Shown here in pieces: positions 37,051-47,408 of a stretch of 64,000 bases of DNA. The stretch is from the NCBI GenBank assembly GCA_022775905.1, contig JALFJX010000037.1:83-64082 (forward strand). The letters are read 5' to 3'. Each line of letters starts with the position of its first letter. Position 1 is the first letter of the stretch. The translations under genes and the position numbers were made by a program. This stretch comes from Methanobrevibacter sp. (GTDB lineage: Archaea; Methanobacteriota; Methanobacteria; Methanobacteriales; Methanobacteriaceae). A model generated the notes under the pieces. It did no database searches and was not told where the DNA came from. It saw only the letters and a list, made by a program, of their open reading frames with translations.

Positions 37051-38252
37051 TGAAATCAAAACAGGATATTCAATTGGAATTGCTTCAGGAACTTGATGAA
37101 ATCTGTTCTAAAAATGGTTTGAAATACATTTTTACTGGAAATAATTCATTCAATGCTTATATTAATCATACAATAAAGAACAATTATGATTATGTTTCTG
37201 TTGCAATGACATTAGGTGATATTAATCGTTTTTGTGCTATTGTTGAAAATAAGAATAATCCTAATCGTTATGTGGAAGGAATGTTCAACAATCCTAAATA
37301 TCTTCCTGTGTATGTGTCATACGGCAATGAAAACACAACCAATTATCATATGATTAGTTTAAACAACAATATTCATCATGGAATTCACATTCGTATTTAT
37401 CCAATTATCCCTGCATATACATTAGATGATGAAAAAATTGAGATAATGGATTCCAAATTAATAAAAGAGAATAAACTTCGCAGATTTTTAAATAAAAAAG
37501 TCGTTAACAAAAAATATCTTCTTATTAAAGCAGGTATTTCTCTTTTGGATGCAGCATATGATATTTCTGGTTTTAGAAAAAAATATCCTGATAAAATTTT
37601 TAACAGGATTTTCATTGACAGATGGGAGGATATCCAGAATTACTCAAAAGTACGTATTTCTAATTGCATAATTAATTCTGAATACTTTAATGAACTTTCA
37701 ATATATCAAGTGGATAATCTGGAATTGTCTTATCCTAAGGACACAAATAATTTCTTTAAACAGGTTTATGGTAGAAATATAGATGATATTGATGTTATAC
37801 TTAAACCAGAGCGAATAAATGCTATTGTTGATACTGAAATAGGTTATAAAAAGATTATTGGTGAGACAAAAGAACTGCTAAATGAAATCAGATCAACACA
37901 TGAAGAATTGTTGATGGGAAGGGACAAAGTTAAAACTGAAAAGAAATGTGTTAACGATGTTTGGAAGTTAGTCCAAATGACAGATGCTCAAATCAGATAC
38001 ACAGAATTCTTTGAAGAAAATATTGATTACTTATTAAGTTTGGATTTAAATGATGAATCTCAATTGCAGGAACTTGAAATTACATTAAATCCTGTTATTA
38101 AAAAATTGGAGATGTATGCTAATAATGGAATGACATTTTCCATTGATGAAAAAACAGATGCATTGATTAGAAGATTATTATTGTTAAAAGGTAAAAAACA
38201 TTTAGTAAACAAAATTGATGAGATTATAAAACTTGAATATTATATTGAATAA
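37050..38252 (+). CDS. LicD-like paralogue with degenerate active-site motif
   Basis: 400 aa. The N-terminus aligns by eye with the upstream LicD (LLQELDEICSKNGLKYIF..), but WDDDID is replaced by NYDYVS. The start overlaps the upstream stop by 1 nt (TAATG). Confidence 0.65.
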   Translation: MKSKQDIQLELLQELDEICSKNGLKYIFTGNNSFNAYINHTIKNNYDYVSVAMTLGDINRFCAIVENKNNPNRYVEGMFNNPKYLPVYVSYGNENTTNYHMISLNNNIHHGIHIRIYPIIPAYTLDDEKIEIMDSKLIKENKLRRFLNKKVVNKKYLLIKAGISLLDAAYDISGFRKKYPDKIFNRIFIDRWEDIQNYSKVRISNCIINSEYFNELSIYQVDNLELSYPKDTNNFFKQVYGRNIDDIDVILKPERINAIVDTEIGYKKIIGETKELLNEIRSTHEELLMGRDKVKTEKKCVNDVWKLVQMTDAQIRYTEFFEENIDYLLSLDLNDESQLQELEITLNPVIKKLEMYANNGMTFSIDEKTDALIRRLLLLKGKKHLVNKIDEIIKLEYYIE

Positions 38253-38304
38253 TCACTAAAGTTATTAATTAAATAATGATATACTATATAATAGGTAGAA
38301 TGAT

Positions 38305-39096
38305 ATGATTATAGAATGTACAAATAATAAGATTGAAACAGTGTTTGATTATATTGGTGAAGATTATGGGAAGTGCTTGTACATTTTCATTGATATGAAA
38401 AAATATGGTTTGGATGATGAAAATTTTAATGTATGGATCCAATATGATAATGATGAAATTTGTGCTGTAATCAGCGAGTATTATGGTGGAGTTCAAATTT
38501 ATAGTAAAGATGAAGATTTAATTGTTGAAGAAATTGTTGATTTCATCAAACAAAAAGAAACCAATGTATTATTTGCTGTTAAACCGGTCACTGACAAAAT
38601 AAAAGAGTTATTACCGGATTATGCTCAAAGTACAGGAATTGTTGGTGAATTAAAGGAATTGAATATTGAACCTAACCCTGATGCATACTCTGCTTCATTA
38701 GAAGAACTTGAAGAGATTGTAAGAATCATATCAGAAGATGAAGGTATAGGAAAACCATATGGCTTCGATTCATTATACTCACAATATTACGAAAGAAAAA
38801 CCACTAATTTTGGCCGTAACATTATTTTACGTGATGAAGAAAACAGTGATATCATTTGTCATGCTGGTACATATGCTGAAATTCCAGAATTGGCTGTAGT
38901 TGGTGGTGTAATTACTTCATTACCATATAGGGGAAAAGGATTTTCCAAAGGAACTGTTTCCGCTTTATGTAGTCAATTAATGTCTGAAAATAAACGTATA
39001 TTCTCATATTATTATATTGAATCTGCAACTAGAATGCATATTTCTATAGGATTTGAACAAGTTGCTGAATGGTCCAAATTAACAAAAACTGAATAA
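38305..39096 (+). CDS. putative GNAT-fold acetyltransferase
   Basis: 263 aa. The C-terminal part AVVGGVITSLPYRGKGFSKGTVSALCSQL resembles the GNAT motif A (R/Q-x-x-G-x-G/A). Weak. Confidence 0.45.
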   Translation: MIIECTNNKIETVFDYIGEDYGKCLYIFIDMKKYGLDDENFNVWIQYDNDEICAVISEYYGGVQIYSKDEDLIVEEIVDFIKQKETNVLFAVKPVTDKIKELLPDYAQSTGIVGELKELNIEPNPDAYSASLEELEEIVRIISEDEGIGKPYGFDSLYSQYYERKTTNFGRNIILRDEENSDIICHAGTYAEIPELAVVGGVITSLPYRGKGFSKGTVSALCSQLMSENKRIFSYYYIESATRMHISIGFEQVAEWSKLTKTE

Positions 39097-39161
39097 CTTT
39101 AGGATAATATTTTTATAATTATAACTAAAAAATTAATTAACAACGCAATGTAGGGATTGAA

Positions 39162-39587
39162 ATGTATAGTAAAATTATATTACCAACTGACGGGTCAGGA
39201 TACGCTGACCAGGAAATTGACAGAGTAACTAATTTGATAAAAGACGATGGTGAAATAATAGTTTTATCCGTTGCAAGCAAATTAACAACCAGTGCTTTTC
39301 AAAGAAGAAAAGATGTTAATGAATTAAACAAAGCATTCTTAGAAGAAGCTCAGGATGCTGTTAAGAATATGGAAAAGAAGTTTCCTGAAGGATACAATGT
39401 TAAAACTGTTGTAAAATGCGGTTTTCCTGCTGAAACTATTATTGATGTTGCTGAAGAAGAAAATGCTGATTTGATTGTTATTTCTGCTTCAGGAAAAAGT
39501 GGAATCCATAGATTTGTTATTGGAAGTGTAGCTGAAAAAGTGCTCAAGCTTTCAGATATTGATGTTTTATTGGTCCACAATAAATAA
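39162..39587 (+). CDS. universal stress protein (UspA family)
   Basis: 141 aa carrying MYSKIILPTDGS.., ..ADLIVISASGKSGIHRFVIGSVAEKVLKLSDIDVLLV, the typical Usp ATP-binding G-2x-G-9x-G(S/T) region. Confidence 0.9.
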   Translation: MYSKIILPTDGSGYADQEIDRVTNLIKDDGEIIVLSVASKLTTSAFQRRKDVNELNKAFLEEAQDAVKNMEKKFPEGYNVKTVVKCGFPAETIIDVAEEENADLIVISASGKSGIHRFVIGSVAEKVLKLSDIDVLLVHNK

Positions 39588-39598
39588 GGAGACAGTAA

Positions 39599-39982
39599 AT
39601 GGATGCAAAAAAGATTGCAATTGCAGTTATTGTAATTCTTATAATAGCTATTGGAGCATTTGCATATATCTCCATCAGTACTCAGGATACAAAAATCAAT
39701 ATACTTACTAATGATACAATACAGAATGGTGACTCAATTACTGTAGAACTTAAGGACCTGTACAGAAATGGAATTGCAGATCAGGTTATTGATTTGAAAA
39801 TTTTAGATGATTCCGGTTGGGCTCATAACTACAATGCAACCACAGATGATACTGGCTGTGCTCAAATTCAGGTATTGGGTCTTGAAAACGGAAATTACAC
39901 TGCTCATGCTAAATTCAATGGAACTTTATTCTTAAAAGAATCAAAAAGCCAAGTTTCATTTGCAATAGATGATGGGTATTAA
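39599..39982 (+). CDS. N-terminally anchored single Ig-like-domain protein
   Basis: 127 aa with a TM helix IAIAVIVILIIAIGAFAYI. The domain resembles one unit of the adhesin repeats (..TDDTGCAQIQVLGLENGNYTAHAKFNGT..). Confidence 0.6.
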   Translation: MDAKKIAIAVIVILIIAIGAFAYISISTQDTKINILTNDTIQNGDSITVELKDLYRNGIADQVIDLKILDDSGWAHNYNATTDDTGCAQIQVLGLENGNYTAHAKFNGTLFLKESKSQVSFAIDDGY

Positions 39983-39988
39983 TACTTT

Positions 39989-40016
39989 AGGAGTTTATTG
40001 ACTCCTCTTTTTTTAC
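39989..40016 (+). terminator. hairpin plus T-tract
   Basis: AGGAGT-ttattg-ACTCCT followed by CTTTTTTTAC, read directly. Confidence 0.55.
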
Positions 40017-40160
40017 TTTTTTAAATAATTCTAATTCTTTTTAATCATTGTTAATTTATTTTAATGACAATTATATATTACATTAAAATAATGATAAAAA
40101 AATATTACATTGTCAAAAAATTTAAAAATAGATAGAAACAAATTTAATAATTGAAATATT

Positions 40161-41235
40161 ATGTCAGTCAATGTTAAAAAAAGAATAATTTAGATTACTT
40201 AAGAGTTTTAGCAATTTTTGGTGTTCTTCTTAATCATATTTCTGCAAATTGGGAAAATGCATTATTCTAAACAGCGAAATTGCATTAGTTTATAACTCAC
40301 TGGGACGTATTGGTGTTCCCTTATTTTTAATGTTGAGCGGAGTTTTACTTTTAAATAATAAACTGCCCATTAAAGAGTTTATTAAAAGAAGATATCCTAG
40401 AGTAATCATTCCATTTTTATTCTGGATGACCTTGCTGATTATGTTCTTCATCTTATTAAATCCTCATATTCTTGATGGAAACGTTGCTGTATATGTCATA
40501 AAGTGTTATCTGTCTGACAGATGGTATGTTTGGATGATTTTGGGTGTTTATCTTTTGATTCCAATAATGGCCAGCTTTATCAAAACATCAAAACTTGAAG
40601 GAGTAAAATATTTTCTAATAATCTGGTTAATTACTACTGCAATGATTACATTATCAAAGATTTTCGGATTTTCACTCCATTATTTGGATTTGACATTGTT
40701 TTCAGGTCCGATCGGTTATCTGATGTTGGGTTATTACCTTCACAACAATGAATTTAATATGTCTCCAAAGAAGATTATTACTGTTTCACTAATTGTTTTC
40801 ATCTCAATGACTTTGATTAAAACATTTGTTGCAAACCAGACTGCATTTGATCCATATAGCTTTAGATATATGATTTTCTCAACAAAAAGTCGTTTGGAAA
40901 TCGATACAATCAGTATAGTTCAGGTTTCAGCCCTCTATCTGATATTCAAATATATGTCAAATGTGTCTTCAGGCATTTATAAAAGATTATCTGAATTTGG
41001 AAATAGAAAGATGGTTCTTGCATTAATTATATCAATCAGTTAGGCAAGTTATGGTATTTATTTGAATCATTATTTTATAACAACAACATTAAAGCATATT
41101 AATTTCCCATTTGTGGATTTACCGTCTTTAATTTTTGTTCCTTTGATTGCAGTCATTATTTTAATGATTTCATATGGTGTTATAATGATTTTAAATAATG
41201 TTCCAATTATAAACAAACTAACGGGGTATCATTGA
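40161..41235 (+). pseudogene. acyltransferase family 3 (AT3) O-acyltransferase, 2 frameshifts and 1 in-frame TAG
   Basis: MSVNVKKRII (frame a), then LDYLRVLAIFGVLLNHISANWENALF (frame b), then ..ILNSEIALVYNSLGRIGVPLFLMLSGVLLLNNK.. (track ORF 40249..41043). TAG at 41041-41043 is followed in frame by ASYGIYLNHYF...NKLTGYH-stop (41233-41235). Collinear by eye with the intact paralogue at 54877. Confidence 0.8.
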
Positions 41236-41244
41236 GGTGTTATT

Positions 41245-42225
41245 TTGGAAATAAAAAACAGTTATTTGGATTTGATAAAAGTATTTTCAATCATTCTTAT
41301 TTCAGCATATGTTATCTCACAGGCCGGCTATGAATTGAATGCATCCCATAAGCTAACATATGTACTCACAAGATTGTTTTCCAATTTGGGATTTCCATTA
41401 TTATTGATGGTATTTGGTGTCATTGTCCTAAAAACAAAGGAACATTCATTTGCAGTTGTTAAGAAATGCTACAGATATCTCATTCCACCTTTTGTACTTT
41501 TAAATATTGTATTGGGATTACTGATTCTATATTTCGATGGAACCCATTCATTTGCAACTAATATGACTGCATCAAATTGGTTCATATGGATTGTTCTCTC
41601 ATGTGTACTTGTCATTCCAATATTGATTGAATTCTTAAGACTGGAAAAGGAAAATGGAATAAGATATATTCTTGGATTATTTATTTTAACAAGCATATTA
41701 TGGTCATTAAGTGTACAGTTTGATTTTAGCATGTATTATATTGATTTGGTGTTCTTTGCTGAACCATTGATGTTTATGGTTTTAGGATATTATCTGGATA
41801 ATAAGGATTTCAATTTGTCCAAAAAGAAATTAATCATTATTTCATTGGTTATATTTACAGCTGCATTGTCAATTAGGACTTTATTGATTACAAATTCAGT
41901 GAACGAATGGAATAGCTTTTTCATGCTTTTATTTAAGAATACAACTTTACAGATTAGCATTGATCCTTTTACTATTGTTGAAGTTTCAGCATTGTTCATA
42001 TTGTTCAAATCAGCAGATGTGTTTTCAGATTCTTCATTAGTCAATTTCTATTCAAAAATATCTTATTTATTCCTGTTGATTCAACCGATATTTTCAATTA
42101 TAGTGATAAATTTACCATTGGATGTGTCATGGATTCATCTTACTGTAATCGGAACCATTGCAATGTTAATTATTTCAGGCATAATGCTGTATGTTTTTAA
42201 CATTTGTAAATTTGTTTACAAATAG
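41245..42225 (+). CDS. AT3-like polytopic membrane protein lacking the conserved TM1 Arg/His
   Basis: 326 aa with a TTG start 5 nt after GAGGTG. It aligns by eye with the AT3 paralogues, but YLDFIRALAIILVILAHV (54877 copy) corresponds here to YLDLIKVFSIILISAYV (R to K, H to Y). Confidence 0.65.
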   Translation: MEIKNSYLDLIKVFSIILISAYVISQAGYELNASHKLTYVLTRLFSNLGFPLLLMVFGVIVLKTKEHSFAVVKKCYRYLIPPFVLLNIVLGLLILYFDGTHSFATNMTASNWFIWIVLSCVLVIPILIEFLRLEKENGIRYILGLFILTSILWSLSVQFDFSMYYIDLVFFAEPLMFMVLGYYLDNKDFNLSKKKLIIISLVIFTAALSIRTLLITNSVNEWNSFFMLLFKNTTLQISIDPFTIVEVSALFILFKSADVFSDSSLVNFYSKISYLFLLIQPIFSIIVINLPLDVSWIHLTVIGTIAMLIISGIMLYVFNICKFVYK

Positions 42226-42426
42226 GGAAGTTAATTCCTAGAATGTATTGTTTTTATTACATTAATTGTGGTATTTGTATACAAATTAAACCCAACATCT
42301 AAATATATAAATGATAAAAAAATAAACATATAATTATAAAAATAAACATATCACAATACAAACAATTGATTTACATTATGAGACAAATTGTTTATTAATC
42401 GCTAATTCAATACAGATGGTTCATAT

Positions 42427-45099
42427 ATGAAAATAAAACTCCAAAAACTAACTAAAAAGAAATTTTCACTAATAATTGCTTTTCATGACGAACATCAATA
42501 TCTTGAAGATGCTATGTCTTCAGTTATAAATCAAACTTGCGGATTTAAAGATAATATTCAAATTATTTTAGTTGATTGTGCAAGTGATGATGAAACACAT
42601 GAGATTGCAGTTAGATATGAAAGCAAATTTCCTGAAAATATCCTGTTATTGACTCAGGATTCCCCATCAATTTTTGATGGACGTAATCTGGGTCTTGAAT
42701 ATTCAACAGGAGATTACGTTAACTTTTTGGATTTCCATGATTATCTGGATGAAAATGCAATTAAAGAACTGGACAAGGCACTTGGTAAATATAATCATGA
42801 TGTAATTTGTTTACCTGTTGCAACTTTCAAAGAAGATGATGAGAGAAAATTCCCTAGAAAATATGGAAAAACAGGTTTAATTGATCTTAACGAATTCCCC
42901 AACTTTTTTTTAAAATTTATCTACTCATCATTCATTAAAAGAGACATTTTAGAAGATATTCGATTTGATTCACGTATTGTGGATGGTGAAGAGATTGCTT
43001 TTGCAAATAAAGTTCTCATAAAAAGCGAAAGTTATGTTCTTTTAGAAAATGAATCATATTACTATTATAAAAAAAGAAGAATGGTTCACAAGGAACTGAT
43101 GGACAGTAAAGAATACTATTTAACTCAAATGAACTATTTTTTATTGGACTTGATTAAATACTCTCTTGAGCAGCATAATGAAGTAAAAACATTTATCAAG
43201 CGTTTAATAATAAGAAAATTGATATTTTTAATGGATGATACAGAAATCCCCGAATTATTGAGTGAAAACGAGCTTGAACAATTCTTTAATTCATTGCACT
43301 ACATATTATCCTATTTTGATATTGATGAAATAATCGAAATATGCGACAACATAAACCGTTCCTCCTTTTTCATTGCAGTAAAAACAGGTGAAATTGGATT
43401 TAATAATATTTTAACTGGAAAAACTCCTGATTTAAACATTAATACAAATGATAATAATGTTCAGATATTTTCAAATGAACATCTGATTTATGATTTATCC
43501 TCAAAACAGTTAATACTGGACTTTGCAACATTAAGGGATGACGTATTATATTTCTCAGGATACTTTGAAAGCCTAATTGATAATGATGACATCTCCATTA
43601 CCGGAATAAGAGAATTTAAAAATGGGGATACAGAAACAATCGATGCATCATATTATCATTATCCAACAAGAGATTTCAATTCAATGCTTGGCCTTAGATG
43701 GTTAAACTTCTATAATTTTGACTTAGCAATCCCAATTACAAGCAAAAATGAAAAATCAAGCATTAAGATAATCGTAAAATATAAAAATTCTGTTAAATTT
43801 AATCCTAAGCTCAGATTCAGAACTTACTGCAATATAACATACGAAAGCAATTACTATGTAAAAGAAGGCATGATCATAATGTTTGACAACAATGTATTTA
43901 ATGTCATGCCCTATTCATATATCAAAATGTTTGGATTTGAAGTTAAAGGATTAATTGGTATTCTTATTAATAGGGAATTGTTCTATAAGCAGGCATTATT
44001 CTTTAGAGTGATGTATCTGGTATTATATCCTATCATGAAAAATAGAGAAATCTGGATAATAATGGACAGAAAACAGGTAGCAGACGACAATGCAGAACAC
44101 TTCTTTAAATATGCATTAAAACAAAATGACGGTATCAAAAAGTTCTTTTCAATTAATAGGACAAGTGAAGATTATGACAGACTTCAAGAGATATATGGAA
44201 ATGTTTTGGCTTTTGAATCAATAAAACATAGGTTCTATTACACCTTTGCAAGCAAAATTATCTCTTCACAGGGATCTGAATTTTACTTGAATCCGTTTAG
44301 ACACAGAGAATATTATCAAACAGCAGGAATATCCAATATTGATTTTTATTTCCTGCAGCATGGAATCATAAAGGATAACATGTCTTCATGGCTTAGAAAA
44401 TATGACAGAAATCCAAAGCTCATCGTCACATCCACCCAAATGGAATATGAATCACTATTTGATGAAGGATACAACTATGGAGATAAAGTAATACAACTGT
44501 TAGGTCTTCCAAGATATGATAATCTAAACAATAAGGGTCTTAAAAAGCAAATTGTAATAATGCCCTCATGGAGAAATTACCTTACAAATGAAGAAATATT
44601 TAAAGAATCAGAATACTTCAAAAGATTCAATTCATTAATTAACAATGAACGATTGATTAAACATGCAAATGAAAAAGGCTATGAAATATTATTTAAGCCT
44701 CATCCTGAATTATTGCGTTACTTGGATCTGTTTGATAAAAATGACTATGTTCAGATTGATGAACATAAGAAATATCAAGTGATATTCAACGAATCAGCAG
44801 TTTTGGTAACTGACTATTCATCAATATTTTTCGATTTCGCATATCTTAAAAAACCGTTGATCTATTATCAGTATGCAAATGACTACCATTATGATTCTGA
44901 AAACAGTTACTTCCAGTATGAAACAATGGGATTCGGTCCAGTCATCAAAGACGAGGATGAATTGGTTGATAAACTCATAGAATACATGAATAACGATTGC
45001 ATAATGGAAGATAAATATAAGAAACGTGTGGATGAAATCTTTAAGTATAATGATCATAACAATTCAAAAAGATGTTATGATTGGATTTACAATCATTAA
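42427..45099 (+). CDS. GT2-like domain fused to TagF-type CDP-glycerol glycerophosphotransferase domain
   Basis: 890 aa. The N-terminal domain carries FSLIIAFHDE..VINQT..ILVDCASDDE..FLDFHD. The C-terminal domain carries FLQHGIIKDN, GLPRYDNL, MPSWRNY, FKPHPEL and VTDYSSIFFDFAYLKKPLIYYQYANDY, which are TagF/TarF family signatures. Confidence 0.85.
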   Translation: MKIKLQKLTKKKFSLIIAFHDEHQYLEDAMSSVINQTCGFKDNIQIILVDCASDDETHEIAVRYESKFPENILLLTQDSPSIFDGRNLGLEYSTGDYVNFLDFHDYLDENAIKELDKALGKYNHDVICLPVATFKEDDERKFPRKYGKTGLIDLNEFPNFFLKFIYSSFIKRDILEDIRFDSRIVDGEEIAFANKVLIKSESYVLLENESYYYYKKRRMVHKELMDSKEYYLTQMNYFLLDLIKYSLEQHNEVKTFIKRLIIRKLIFLMDDTEIPELLSENELEQFFNSLHYILSYFDIDEIIEICDNINRSSFFIAVKTGEIGFNNILTGKTPDLNINTNDNNVQIFSNEHLIYDLSSKQLILDFATLRDDVLYFSGYFESLIDNDDISITGIREFKNGDTETIDASYYHYPTRDFNSMLGLRWLNFYNFDLAIPITSKNEKSSIKIIVKYKNSVKFNPKLRFRTYCNITYESNYYVKEGMIIMFDNNVFNVMPYSYIKMFGFEVKGLIGILINRELFYKQALFFRVMYLVLYPIMKNREIWIIMDRKQVADDNAEHFFKYALKQNDGIKKFFSINRTSEDYDRLQEIYGNVLAFESIKHRFYYTFASKIISSQGSEFYLNPFRHREYYQTAGISNIDFYFLQHGIIKDNMSSWLRKYDRNPKLIVTSTQMEYESLFDEGYNYGDKVIQLLGLPRYDNLNNKGLKKQIVIMPSWRNYLTNEEIFKESEYFKRFNSLINNERLIKHANEKGYEILFKPHPELLRYLDLFDKNDYVQIDEHKKYQVIFNESAVLVTDYSSIFFDFAYLKKPLIYYQYANDYHYDSENSYFQYETMGFGPVIKDEDELVDKLIEYMNNDCIMEDKYKKRVDEIFKYNDHNNSKRCYDWIYNH

Positions 45100-45118
45100 T
45101 TAATAAAATTTAATATAT

Positions 45119-47386
45119 TTGGGGTTGTTTTTAATTAATAAATATATCTGGCTATTTGGTGAAAACTTTGGTACTACATTAAATAATAATTCATATTATT
45201 TTTGGAAGTATTGTGTAAATATTAAAGATGATATTGAGAAGTATTTCATTTTAAAAAAAACTGAAAATAACTTAAATCATTTAAATAATTTATCAGATTA
45301 TGAAAAACAGTTTATTGTATGGCGTGATTCAAATAAACATCATAAATTATATAATGATGCAGATTTGCTTTTTATAAGTCATTCATATAAAGATGTTACA
45401 CCAGAAGACATAATACAGAGTAATAGGAAGTTTACTTTTGCAAAAGCGTTCATTCATCTCCAACATGGAGTTCATGGATTGAAACAATATTCCGTTAAGG
45501 GTAAATCCTATGGTAATAAAATTATTAAATTTTTTAATTACAACAAAACAATTTCCGATAGTTTAATTGAAAATAATAATTTTAAGGAATATCAACTTGA
45601 ATATATGGAATATATGCCCAAATATGGAGATTTATTAGTAAAAGATACAGAAAATACTGATAAAAATCAAATTTTATGGTTTTTAACATCCCGTGAATAT
45701 TTTAGCAATGAAATTGACACTAAAACTTTTATTAAATATATCAAAGTAGTACTTCAATCAGAAAAGTTAATTGAATTTCTTAAATTAAATAATTTGACTC
45801 TGAAAATCTGTTTTCATAAGTTTTTCAGAAAATCAGTCATTAAAAAAATTTCTAAATTCATTGATAAAGATTTAATGAAAATTTGTTATCAAGAACAATC
45901 AGATTTGAATTTAGAATTATCTAAAAGTAAACTGTTGATTACAGATTATTCATCAATAGCTTATGATTTCATTTTTTTAAATAGACCTGTTTTATTGTTC
46001 CAGCCAGATTATTTGCCATATATTGAAAGAAGAAATCTTACTTTTGATATTAATGAATTAAATGATTATATTATAAAAAATCCTTTTGAATTAATAGAAA
46101 AAATTAGTAATAAAGAATTTAGTGAAATTCCATATTTAAGAAATGCTTTTCCAGATCAAATAGATTATGATTTTGTAATGAATGATGAGCATTTAAAAGA
46201 AATTTATAATAATCTTTCAAGTTTCCAAAAAAATAAGATTACATTCATAGGATATAATTTTTATGGTATTGGAGGTACAGTTAATGCAACAATGGCATTA
46301 GCAGAAGGTTTATTGGAAAAAGGATATCTTGTTGAATTACTTTCTTTAAAAAGGTTAAGAAAATTTAAACAAAATAGACCTAACGGTTTAAATGTCCAAT
46401 TTTTATATTATGATAAAACACCAATTTTTAAGGAGAAATTAACCTATTTTATTAATGGAATAACTCATAATTATGGTTATTTAAAGTATGATTTTAGTAA
46501 AGAATTCTTACATCCATATGTGAATTATCGTTTAAATGAACTGATGAAAAAAATCAAATCAAATACGATAGTTTCAACTAGAGAATCACTTCACTTATAC
46601 ATTAATGACTGCACTTCAAAACATGTGAATAATAAGATTTTCTATTTTCATACTCCTGTTGATATGATTGATGAAGCTTTTCCTAATTTAATGGAGGAAC
46701 TTAAACAAATAAGATTAGATAATGCATTATTTGTTACAGAAATGAACAGACAAGCTATTGAAAATAAATTTAATTATAATAATTATAGATTATATGAGAT
46801 TACTGGAAATTCATTAGTTAATTTAAAAATGATTGATAAAGATGAAATTATTCCAATTGAAAAAAAAGATATATATAATGCAATTTATTTAGTAAGAATA
46901 ACTGAAGATAGAAAAGATGATCTTGATAATCTAATTAACTTTGGAAAATATATTAAAGAAAATAACTTTAATACTTTAATTATTAATGTATATGGTGGTG
47001 GAAATTATGTTCCAATTTTTATTGATTTATTAAACAAATATGGTCTTTTAGATATTATTCAATATAAAGGCGAAACAAACAAAGCCACTGAAAAAATTAT
47101 TGAAAATGATTTCATGATTGATTTTTCTTTAAATCATAGCTTTGGTATGACTTATATTGAAGGTATTTTAAATGGTAAAAAAGTGTTCTGTATGAAAAAT
47201 CCAGGATCACTTGAAGTAATGGAAAATATTCCTAATTCATATATAGAATCATATGAATGGTTATGCTCTCAAATAAAAGATATTGATAAATTATCATTAG
47301 ATGAATTAATCGAAAATTACAATAAAATTCAGAAAAAATTCTCTAGAGACACAGTATCTGAAAAATTTTTAAGATTACTAAAATAA
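45119..47386 (+). CDS. TagF-type glycerophosphotransferase domain fused to GT4/GT-B-like domain
   Basis: 755 aa. The N-terminal domain has LQHGVHGLK and ITDYSSIAYDFIFLNRPVLLFQPD. The C-terminal domain has ITFIGYNFYGIGGTVNAT and SFGMTYIEGILNGKKVF. The track start is a TTG and the exact start is uncertain. Confidence 0.8.
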   Translation: MGLFLINKYIWLFGENFGTTLNNNSYYFWKYCVNIKDDIEKYFILKKTENNLNHLNNLSDYEKQFIVWRDSNKHHKLYNDADLLFISHSYKDVTPEDIIQSNRKFTFAKAFIHLQHGVHGLKQYSVKGKSYGNKIIKFFNYNKTISDSLIENNNFKEYQLEYMEYMPKYGDLLVKDTENTDKNQILWFLTSREYFSNEIDTKTFIKYIKVVLQSEKLIEFLKLNNLTLKICFHKFFRKSVIKKISKFIDKDLMKICYQEQSDLNLELSKSKLLITDYSSIAYDFIFLNRPVLLFQPDYLPYIERRNLTFDINELNDYIIKNPFELIEKISNKEFSEIPYLRNAFPDQIDYDFVMNDEHLKEIYNNLSSFQKNKITFIGYNFYGIGGTVNATMALAEGLLEKGYLVELLSLKRLRKFKQNRPNGLNVQFLYYDKTPIFKEKLTYFINGITHNYGYLKYDFSKEFLHPYVNYRLNELMKKIKSNTIVSTRESLHLYINDCTSKHVNNKIFYFHTPVDMIDEAFPNLMEELKQIRLDNALFVTEMNRQAIENKFNYNNYRLYEITGNSLVNLKMIDKDEIIPIEKKDIYNAIYLVRITEDRKDDLDNLINFGKYIKENNFNTLIINVYGGGNYVPIFIDLLNKYGLLDIIQYKGETNKATEKIIENDFMIDFSLNHSFGMTYIEGILNGKKVFCMKNPGSLEVMENIPNSYIESYEWLCSQIKDIDKLSLDELIENYNKIQKKFSRDTVSEKFLRLLK

Positions 47387-47408
47387 TATCAGCATAGGAG
47401 TTAATTAA

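Noticed and set aside
19938-41043. In-frame TAG codons (19938-19940 and 41041-41043) as possible pyrrolysine or read-through sites
   Set aside because: No pyl genes or PYLIS-like context are visible. The AT3 gene carrying one TAG also has two frameshifts, so decay is the simpler explanation. The inferred lineage is not known to use Pyl. TAG also terminates ordinary genes in this window, for example the gene ending at 35183.
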